Positions 57,350-64,000 of a stretch of 64,000 nucleotides of DNA are shown here, piece after piece. The stretch spans positions 124,001 to 188,000 of IMG/VR virus record IMGVR_UViG_3300025133_009608; one strand, 5' to 3'. The translations under genes were made by a program, and so were the position numbers. The number at the start of each line of letters is the position of its first letter. Within the stretch, counting starts at the first letter, position 1. The notes below the pieces were generated by a model that was not told where the DNA came from, did no database searches, and saw nothing but the letters and a program-made list of their open reading frames with translations.

Positions 57350-58018
57350 TTACCCTTCTGCGTATTCTCCTCCGATTCCGCAACAAGAGTATCTTGTGCC
57401 ATCTATATCCCAGTTTTCAAGTATATGATGATGCCCGAAGTAGTAATGAGCGGGCCGATGGTTAGAGAGTCTAATAACATTTTGAAGATTTTTCGGGGTG
57501 ACCTGTGAGTCGCGACCACTGCGATTCAGACTCACACATAGTGGAGCCTCGTGCGCGACTACAATATCAGGCCTTCCGGTGTCAAATGCTTCAAAAAAAT
57601 CCGAAAACTCTGATGCGGTAGGTGTTTCGTAGTCCCACCACGTAAGACCGTCCACTCTCATGTGTTTGTCAATAGACTCGGCCCCACCAAAGAACAGGTG
57701 GCTCTTTCCATCAAGCTCAATCGTGTGCGCTCGGGTTACCCAAAAAAATCCAGATACGATTTCGACAACTTTGGATTTTTGCTCCAACTTGTGTGCACGC
57801 CACCTATCCCAGTTCTCGTGATTCCCTCCGCAGCTATACCATATCGGGCTATCAAGGTTTCTTTCTTTGAAATACTTGACTACCGAACAGGAGTCGTTCC
57901 AAGATACTCCCGAGTCTCCAACTTGAACGATAATATCAACATTGTTTTTTCTGGCTATTTGATCAATCTCAGCGAAGGCCGATACCTCTCCGTGCAGATC
58001 TCCAACATACATTATCAT
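57350..58018 (-). CDS. calcineurin-like metallophosphoesterase
   Basis: GDLHG, QVGD, GGNHEN, HEAP, FGHHH. Confidence 0.9.
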   Translation of the reverse strand: MIMYVGDLHGEVSAFAEIDQIARKNNVDIIVQVGDSGVSWNDSCSVVKYFKERNLDSPIWYSCGGNHENWDRWRAHKLEQKSKVVEIVSGFFWVTRAHTIELDGKSHLFFGGAESIDKHMRVDGLTWWDYETPTASEFSDFFEAFDTGRPDIVVAHEAPLCVSLNRSGRDSQVTPKNLQNVIRLSNHRPAHYYFGHHHILENWDIDGTRYSCCGIGGEYAEG

Positions 58019-58028
58019 CGCAAACCCC

Positions 58029-58400
58029 TCACTGCCCAAAGCCGCACAGCGTCTTGTTTAGGCTCCAATCGGTTTGTGCGTTTAGCTCTTTTACTGTATC
58101 CGAAATAATGGCGATAAGTAAGGCTTCGACAAGCTGAATGGGAGCACTCGGAGGAATGGCCATTTCCCTCAAAGAAAACTCTCCGCCGACAACTGCCGCA
58201 ATCGAAAAGATGACCCCATTGCTTCCATCATTTCGACAGGCCGCCGAAACGACAGAGCCACCACTATCTGCAATGCGACTAAGATTATCAAGCCTTTCTT
58301 GAACCTCCTGATCGCTCAGCCTTTTCGCAACAGGCCTCTCAGCTGGATCTACAAAGTAAATCGGAGAGCCTACGCAATCATCACTCGCTTTATCAAACAT
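58029..58400 (-). CDS. hypothetical protein
   Basis: AAGGAG RBS; promoter 58421. Confidence 0.7.
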   Translation of the reverse strand: MFDKASDDCVGSPIYFVDPAERPVAKRLSDQEVQERLDNLSRIADSGGSVVSAACRNDGSNGVIFSIAAVVGGEFSLREMAIPPSAPIQLVEALLIAIISDTVKELNAQTDWSLNKTLCGFGQ

Positions 58401-58471
58401 TTTCTATCTCCTTATGCTTTACTATAATAAATCGATCTTATTTATCGAACAAGTCATGGAGTTTGTCCTCC

Positions 58472-58705
58472 TTACAGGCTTGCATTGTAGGCTTCGATCC
58501 CATGCGCCATGCCCTCTTGCATGGCTTCTTCGATTGCGGCCTTCCCAGCTCGACGCTCGACCGTTTCGTGAGCCTTCTCTACCCGAGAAGCAGAGGCGCG
58601 ACGACGCTTGCCCCTCCCTCCCCCGTTCCCGCCGTGACGACGAGCCTCATACTTCTTTCCATTGGCATTACCGCCACGGCCACTGCATCCTTTTGCTCTA
58701 TTCAC
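58472..58705 (-). CDS. small basic Gly/Arg-rich protein
   Basis: GGAGG RBS; promoter 58726. Confidence 0.6.
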   Translation of the reverse strand: MNRAKGCSGRGGNANGKKYEARRHGGNGGGRGKRRRASASRVEKAHETVERRAGKAAIEEAMQEGMAHGIEAYNASL

Positions 58706-58800
58706 TTTCCGCCTCCCTTCATATCTCTATAATAAGTCGATCTTATTTATCGCAACAATCTTTTGGTCCCTATTTTGGGCAAAAAGTTGTCATCCGAGGC

Positions 58801-59046
58801 CTACCCCACCTCTACGAGATAGGCGAAGTTTGTCCGAATAAATCCATCCCAATGAGCACGAAGCCTATCCGCCGTTGTCTCGGCCACGCACAGTCTGTGT
58901 ACGCCCGTCATGGGAGATGTCATTATATACTCACCTCCCCTGCGCGAGAGGTGAACAGTCCATCCCTCATAGGCGGGGATTATAATCTCCCAACTACGAT
59001 GCAGGGTCAAGCTCAGAACGTCGGTATTTGAAATATTTATTTTCAT
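58801..59046 (-). CDS. hypothetical protein
   Basis: AGGAGG RBS; promoter 59066. Confidence 0.7.
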   Translation of the reverse strand: MKINISNTDVLSLTLHRSWEIIIPAYEGWTVHLSRRGGEYIMTSPMTGVHRLCVAETTADRLRAHWDGFIRTNFAYLVEVG

Positions 59047-59082
59047 CTCATCCTCCTTTCACTTACCTATAATGAATCGATC

Positions 59083-59280
59083 TTATTTATCGAGATTCTT
59101 CGAACATGCTCCTGACTCTATTAGTGCCATTGCAGTGCGCCCGAACCACCCTTGAAGCTCCCATGCAAGGCCAGTATCAATGAGGTGTTGCCATGCTTTG
59201 ATAATAGTTTCTTCATCGGTGCATGGAATAAATCCTTCTGCTATTCCTATCGCGGTAAAATCACTCATTTTTCGCCCCAT
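59083..59280 (-). CDS. conserved small phage protein
   Basis: AWQHLIDTGLAWELQGWFGRTA. Confidence 0.7.
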   Translation of the reverse strand: MGRKMSDFTAIGIAEGFIPCTDEETIIKAWQHLIDTGLAWELQGWFGRTAMALIESGACSKNLDK

Positions 59281-59602
59281 TGTTTATAACGGCCGTTTTG
59301 ACCCACAAAGTGGATTGCCCAGTATCATCGCATATTTTTCTGTAAGTTGTGCTTCTATATAGCTGGCCAGCCTTGACCTTCCCATCTTTATGATCTTTTC
59401 TGCAAGTATGTGTCCGTGTCCGTACTTTTCGCTCCCAGTATCCATAGCTCAGTGTATATCCAGAGTTCTCAAGCCAAGGACGATCAGACCCTGCTACGGC
59501 CTCGGACTCACAGCCACACGAGCCTTCTGACGCATGATAGTTACGGCCGCACCATTCGCAATCAACATAGTAACAGTGCCAATCATCGGGTATATTCTGC
59601 AT
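59261..59602 (-). CDS. Cys/His-rich hypothetical protein
   Basis: CEWCG..H..C.C, HTCRKDH; promoter 59622. Confidence 0.7.
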   Translation of the reverse strand: MQNIPDDWHCYYVDCEWCGRNYHASEGSCGCESEAVAGSDRPWLENSGYTLSYGYWERKVRTRTHTCRKDHKDGKVKAGQLYRSTTYRKICDDTGQSTLWVKTAVINNGAKNE

Positions 59603-59638
59603 CTCATCCTCCCTTCACTTACCTATAATGAATCGATC

Positions 59639-59866
59639 TTATTTATGGGAGTTTTGACGACTCACTACCTCGAACTCTTTGGCCTCCTCCCAGCAGCCAA
59701 AGCCCCCCATAACACCTGGAAAGACCTCAACATCTGGGGCTTCCTCATTCTCCTCGGTCAGCATAACCCAAAGCCCATCATCATCCATAACTGCGGCTAC
59801 CTCAAAAACGAAGTGAGCCTCCTCTGGACGCGCGCGAACATAACGAACCAAATCACCGATCTTCAT
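59639..59866 (-). CDS. hypothetical protein
   Basis: start re-assigned to MKIGDLV (GAGG RBS). Confidence 0.65.
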   Translation of the reverse strand: MKIGDLVRYVRARPEEAHFVFEVAAVMDDDGLWVMLTEENEEAPDVEVFPGVMGGFGCWEEAKEFEVVSRQNSHK

Positions 59867-59907
59867 TGTTTTCCTCGCCGCCCAGTTCTCTGGGCAAAAA
59901 CTTTGCA

Positions 59908-60429
59908 TCATTTTATCTTGCGGAACGAAAGAGAAGCCCCACAGCCTTTATGATAATAGGTGGCCCTTGGGTTTTTTGGCATACGGCTTCTGGTGCCAAC
60001 TACACCGCACCGATCGCAGATAAGCTGAACATTTTTAGGCTGAGTTTTTCGACCAAGCCCTGCTGTATCAAGGGTGTGACACCGATGATTTTTTCTAACT
60101 CCAGTGATCCGAGTCATCATTGATTGAAACTCATAGCCGTGGCCCCCAAGGTTTTTGACCTGAAGAAGATAGGCGTGTACCATCTCGTGAATAAGAGTTT
60201 CTCGGATCTTGCTGGCATCCATATTTTCATTTCTAAAAATACCAAGACTAAGGTCGATCTTCGTAGGGGTAGAAACTCCCATCCGCTTTGTAAAGTGACA
60301 CCGACCCGCAGTGGAGGTAAGGCGACTATTCCATTTTACGGGGATTGTAGAAATCATCCCTTCAAAGTGGGCTTGATTGATCGCGTCGAACATTTGATTC
60401 AGCATTACTTCGGTCATCTCATCCTCCAT
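59908..60429 (-). CDS. SprT-like zinc metalloprotease
   Basis: WNSRL.STAG, LIHEMVH, GHG..F, CDRCG; promoter 60437. Confidence 0.88.
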   Translation of the reverse strand: MEDEMTEVMLNQMFDAINQAHFEGMISTIPVKWNSRLTSTAGRCHFTKRMGVSTPTKIDLSLGIFRNENMDASKIRETLIHEMVHAYLLQVKNLGGHGYEFQSMMTRITGVRKNHRCHTLDTAGLGRKTQPKNVQLICDRCGVVGTRSRMPKNPRATYYHKGCGASLSFRKIK

Positions 60430-60495
60430 ACACTTGCCTATAATGAATCGATCTTATTTATGGGAGTTATTGGATTATTTAATGAAAGATGGAAA

Positions 60496-60572
60496 TGGCT
60501 GGGGCAGTAGGACTCGAACCTACAACGGCCGGGGTAACAACCCGGTGCGACTGCCAGTGTCGCCTCACCCCA
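60496..60572 (-). tRNA. trnN: tRNA-Asn(GUU), second divergent copy
   Basis: CCGGG-TTGTTAC-CCCGG anticodon arm; GTAGG-TTCGAGT-CCTAC; G73; CCA. Confidence 0.85.
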
Positions 60573-60608
60573 TCTGCACGTAAGTACGTTTATATTAGCA
60601 TAGAAAAG

Positions 60609-60684
60609 TGGTGGGTCGAGAGGGGCTCGAACCCTCGGCCGATCGGTTAAAAGCCGATTGCTCTACCAACTGAGCTACCAACCC
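60609..60684 (-). tRNA. trnK: tRNA-Lys(UUU)
   Basis: ATCGG-CTTTTAA-CCGAT anticodon arm; canonical D and T arms; CCA. Confidence 0.93.
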
Positions 60685-60692
60685 TTCTGATC

Positions 60693-61118
60693 CTACTTGC
60701 TAAGCGCGTGCGCCGCCCAAAACTCTCTTGCCGCATCCGCATCGTGGTTATCTGGGTCGTCAGGGTTTTGAGGGGCCAGCGGGCCACCATAAACAGTGAA
60801 CAACGTGGCCGCCTCACCATCTCGAACCCCAATCACCTGAACATACCCAACTGGCCGCGTGGGACGATCAATCATGCGATCTGCCCACGTGCGTGGATCA
60901 TTTGCGCTAAATCGCACAATCCGTTCTACTTCAGTTTCTAATACTGGCTCATCGCCCATAGCTGGGCCGTGAAGCCCGCAAGGAACAGTCCCCAACTCAG
61001 CGGGAATCTCCACTTGACGAATAAAGAACCCATCTACCTGCTCTGCGATCACGGCGTTCACGTGCGCTTGCTGCTCATCGGAAATGCCGTGATCGGCGTG
61101 CAAAACTGTTACTTCCAT
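60693..61118 (-). CDS. hypothetical protein
   Basis: AGGAG RBS; promoter 61162. Confidence 0.75.
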   Translation of the reverse strand: MEVTVLHADHGISDEQQAHVNAVIAEQVDGFFIRQVEIPAELGTVPCGLHGPAMGDEPVLETEVERIVRFSANDPRTWADRMIDRPTRPVGYVQVIGVRDGEAATLFTVYGGPLAPQNPDDPDNHDADAAREFWAAHALSK

Positions 61119-61290
61119 TTTCTATCTCCTTTCTGGGCTGAGTTATTCTGCCCTTCATATCACTATAATGAATCGATCTTATTTATGGGAGTTATTTCGT
61201 AAGCACACCTGCGTGTATAGTCTTATGAAAAACTTTTGCCCAAAAAAAGAAGGGGGCCGCAGGCGGCCCCCTTCTCGCTCTTTGCTCGCC

Positions 61291-61950
61291 CTATGCGTAG
61301 TGGATGGGGATCGGAGCGCGCGCATCAAACGCAACCCAGTCCTGATCCAGCCATAGATCGGGGCGATGTTTTGCCACTCGCGCCCACTCGATCCGAAATC
61401 GAGTATATTCAAACTTCTTTATCGTGCCGTCAGCCTTTTTGTACTTCCGAATATCGGCACGTAGCTTGACAGTCTCAGGGGGCAACTCTCCGAGGTCTTG
61501 AGCCCTGATCACTTCCGAGGCGTTGATCCGCCTCATCTGCAGTTCTCCGCCCATCTCCCTCACCAGAATCACCCAAAGGGGAGTCTCAGCCGCCGCCATA
61601 GCGGTGGGAATCTTGTAATGAAGGGTCAAATCACGGTTGCCGTAACCTCGGCCCTTTGACCCCTTGAGGGCAACTGGCACCATCTCTACAATGGCCCCCT
61701 CAACAATCGTCATAGGGATCACATCATCGAACAGGCCTTGGCCTCGGCCTGCCTGAAGCGGGCGACCGATGCGATCAATCTTTCCGCTCTTGGCCTTGCC
61801 ATCCCTCGCAGGGGGCAACATGTCGGCCAGAGGGCCGAGCCATGCACACACCGCGCCGAAACCAGCACCGATCCCAGCCAGCGATCCACCTGCCTCGGCA
61901 ATACGGCAAGACGCTTCTAACTCTAAATCGTTGATAAAGCTCATTTTCAA
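61291..61950 (-). CDS. hypothetical protein
   Basis: GGAGG RBS; promoters 61987 and 62072; hairpin ~61250-61272. Confidence 0.75.
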   Translation of the reverse strand: MKMSFINDLELEASCRIAEAGGSLAGIGAGFGAVCAWLGPLADMLPPARDGKAKSGKIDRIGRPLQAGRGQGLFDDVIPMTIVEGAIVEMVPVALKGSKGRGYGNRDLTLHYKIPTAMAAAETPLWVILVREMGGELQMRRINASEVIRAQDLGELPPETVKLRADIRKYKKADGTIKKFEYTRFRIEWARVAKHRPDLWLDQDWVAFDARAPIPIHYA

Positions 61951-62171
61951 TCCTCCGAGAAAGGTGGTTTGTCCTCTCTACACTTACCTATAATGAATCG
62001 ATCTTATTTATAAAGTTTTTGCCCAAGTCACTCACTCCCCAGCAAAGAGGCCGAAGGCAGTTCGTGTAATCCATGATAAATCGATCTTACTTATCGAAAA
62101 GTGATAAGATGAAAGCGCGGAGCAGGGAGAACCACAAACCCCTGCTCCGCTGGAGTCGCACCACTGGCGCA

Positions 62172-62381
62172 TTACCAAGACTTGCGGTGCTTCGCGTAAC
62201 GCTGAGCCTTGCCCTTTCCTCGTCGCCCGTCGCCCCTTGAGGCCTTTGATTGATGCTTTCCAGCACCCGCCCCTGCCCGAAGAATAAGGCCAATCGCCCC
62301 CTCGTCGCGGCGGCGAGGTGCCGAAACAACAATCCGCTTTTTTTTCCTCTCGTTTACGATTTGGGGCTTTTTGGCCATCAC
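62172..62381 (-). CDS. small highly basic protein
   Basis: GGAGG RBS; promoter 62398. Confidence 0.65.
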   Translation of the reverse strand: MMAKKPQIVNERKKKRIVVSAPRRRDEGAIGLILRAGAGAGKHQSKASRGDGRRGKGKAQRYAKHRKSW

Positions 62382-62414
62382 ATCCTCCCTATACTTCGCT
62401 ATAATGAATCGATC

Positions 62415-62615
62415 TTATTTACGGGAAACGAGGCCGCCCATTGGAGCGTATTCAAAGATATTCGGATTTGTTAGAATGTCCCTTGTTTTTTCTCGGATAT
62501 ACTCAAGCGTACACGCCGAGAAGGTACGGAGGCAATACCCCTCTGTTCCGTTATGATAAATGGCATGAGCATAGCAAAGCTCGCCCTCGCGCGCTTCAAT
62601 GTATATTCCTTCCAT
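62415..62615 (-). CDS. hypothetical protein
   Basis: GAGG RBS; promoter 62660. Confidence 0.6.
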   Translation of the reverse strand: MEGIYIEAREGELCYAHAIYHNGTEGYCLRTFSACTLEYIREKTRDILTNPNIFEYAPMGGLVSRK

Positions 62616-62746
62616 TTCCTCATCCCTCCGAGAAAGGTGGTTTGTCCTCTCTACACTTACCTATAATGAATCGATCTTATTTATGGAAGTTATTGCTTAT
62701 AAGTATAGCCCGAAGCGGGGCGCGGATATCCGCGCCCCTATGGGAG

Positions 62747-63301
62747 TTATCCGACCCTCTCGCCTCCGATGGATACGTACTCATAAGAGCCGGCGGTAAG
62801 CTTGAACCTGCGGAACTTGCTCGCTGGAGCCTGACGCTGGATCCAGCGTTTTACCAGCGTCTTGTCAGCGGAGGTTACCGCCTTGTAAACTCCGCGCTGT
62901 ACGGTGTCTTTGGAGACAATCAAGCCCCAGAGGTAAAGATCCCCTTGAGGGTCTGACGCAAGTCGGGCCAACCCGTCTTGTACATAGTTGTAGTCGGTAG
63001 AGCCGCCACCAGCGGCGATCCGAGAAATACTTTTCTCGTAACTTGCGGACTGCTCCGCAAGAGCCTTGCGGCAAGTTTCAAGGTCAACACCTTGAACTCC
63101 GCAGTTCGCGAACACCGTCTCGGCAGTCATCTCGGCCAGCACGATCGCCGATCGCTCCAACAGGGACAGGTAACTAACCTTTCCGTTTACCGTGTAATGG
63201 GCGATCTCGCCAGAAGTCTTGCTCTCATAAGAACGAAGATGAAGGAAGCCGCCAGCTACGGCCGCCGAGTTTGCAGTTTGAATATCCATGATAAACTCCA
63301 A
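62747..63301 (-). CDS. hypothetical protein
   Basis: promoter 63347; hairpin ~62718-62738. Confidence 0.75.
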   Translation of the reverse strand: MEFIMDIQTANSAAVAGGFLHLRSYESKTSGEIAHYTVNGKVSYLSLLERSAIVLAEMTAETVFANCGVQGVDLETCRKALAEQSASYEKSISRIAAGGGSTDYNYVQDGLARLASDPQGDLYLWGLIVSKDTVQRGVYKAVTSADKTLVKRWIQRQAPASKFRRFKLTAGSYEYVSIGGERVG

Positions 63302-63479
63302 CGCAAAGAGGGGAAAAGTAAAAGTGGTTTGTCCTCTCTACACTTACCTATAATGAATCGATCTTATTTATGGAAGTTATATAGAAACATTTGAGACATG
63401 AGTTGGGCGGCCGAAGAAAACCACAAACCTCGGCCGCCCTGCGAGAATCACCGCCAGACTCGATCGCAACTCAAAAGTT

Positions 63480-63770
63480 TTAGTATGCCACCTGAACCCA
63501 TTTTGTGGACTCAGGTGTGCTAACGCTCTCCAGACCGTCATACTCAGATATTACATACCTGCACCCCTCATGGCATTCCACCTCAAGCGAGGCGTTCGGC
63601 CCAGAGGCCGCCTCCTCTCCGAGCGCGAGCACACACTCTACGAGAAGGGGATCGTGCCTATTATTGTAATAAAAAGACTCAGGATCAGCCCCACGAGCAG
63701 TCAGCCATTCTTCTGCCGCAGATGACAACCCGAAGCCGCCATAACAACTATTCACTACTACTTTAAACAT
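63480..63770 (-). CDS. conserved phage hypothetical protein
   Basis: VVNSCYGGFGLS, RHDPLLV, ISEYDGLE; promoter 63792. Confidence 0.8.
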   Translation of the reverse strand: MFKVVVNSCYGGFGLSSAAEEWLTARGADPESFYYNNRHDPLLVECVLALGEEAASGPNASLEVECHEGCRYVISEYDGLESVSTPESTKWVQVAY

Positions 63771-63843
63771 TTTCTATTCTCCCTTCATATCACTATAATG
63801 AATCGATCTTATTTATGGAACAAGTGCGTTCGTGCCTACGGGG

Positions 63844-63869
63844 GAATGGGGCCGTATACGGCCCCATTC
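63844..63869. terminator. perfect hairpin upstream of the last promoter
   Basis: GAATGGGGCCG-TATA-CGGCCCCATTC. Confidence 0.65.
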
Positions 63870-64000
63870 CATTTGTCTAAAGCTCCCTTAGAAACTTGAT
63901 GGCACGGTTCGCTTGCCCTGCGGCCTCCGAGATTTTTCTCGGATCTTTTTTGAGACAGCGAATCCAAGACCCGATGTAGGCTTCGTGATTTTTAAAGATC

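Larger units (their letters stand above)
36333..63820. promoter_or_regulatory. family of 28 near-identical 29-bp promoters, sense consensus TTC(C/G)AT-AAATAAGATCGATT(C/T)AT-TATAG(G/T/A)
   Basis: approximate starts 36333(+), 40805, 43276, 44033, 45343, 47459(+), 49371, 50952, 51587, 51857, 52458, 52788, 55198 (degenerate), 55736, 56187, 57277, 58421, 58726, 59066, 59622, 60437, 61162, 61987, 62072, 62398, 62660, 63347, 63792; orientation follows the downstream gene. Confidence 0.88.

Noticed and set aside
49372-63394. Recurrent peptides IMNRSYLW / YNESILFM / SINKIDS in many ORF-track entries (e.g. 57229, 58414, 59534, 60124, 60969, 61168, 62371, 62441, 62599, 62978)
   Set aside because: They are translations of the 29-bp promoter motif in shadow frames, not a protein family; these + strand ORFs are antisense to real genes.
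62110-63436. Shared ACCACAAACC loops in two hairpins, partly complementary to leader ACAAACC
   Set aside because: Only 7 nt of complementarity and two instances; probably a duplication relic.
36333-63820. Repeat array as a CRISPR
   Set aside because: Spacing is irregular (0.1-4 kb) and contains whole genes; no cas genes are present.
1-64000. Alternative genetic code (stop-codon reassignment)
   Set aside because: Recognisable enzymes read full length in code 11 with TAA, TAG and TGA stops, and there is no suppressor tRNA.

Overview
A 64-kb segment of a large (jumbo-type) tailed bacteriophage genome. It is densely packed with mostly small, minus-strand genes read in genetic code 11, and it contains no CRISPR array, rRNA or transposase. 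There are three zones. (1) 1-20.4 kb is a host-takeover/auxiliary region. It has a 5'-3' flap exonuclease, TilS, CYTH, a GlmU-type nucleotidyltransferase, a DNA methyltransferase, ClpP, HNH, a CCA/poly(A)-polymerase-like NTase, a sigma-70-family factor, a deaminase, SET and cupin proteins. It also has 5 tRNAs, a tmRNA and a ~615-nt structured ncRNA candidate. (2) 20.4-39 kb is a cluster of otherwise unrelated proteins. About 10 of them, plus one outlier at 12.5 kb, carry the same ~28-aa two-helix module (MIKELIKLAxxLDxxGLxKEADxLD); a candidate origin-like non-coding block lies inside the cluster. (3) 36-64 kb consists of short cassettes, each driven by a near-identical 29-bp promoter (28 copies, plus 5 of a variant class). 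It includes a DNA ligase, a SprT protease, a metallophosphoesterase, DUF3228, three paralogues of a tandem-repeat putative ssDNA-binding protein and 2 more tRNAs. All calls are from motif recognition by eye; no database search or folding program was run.
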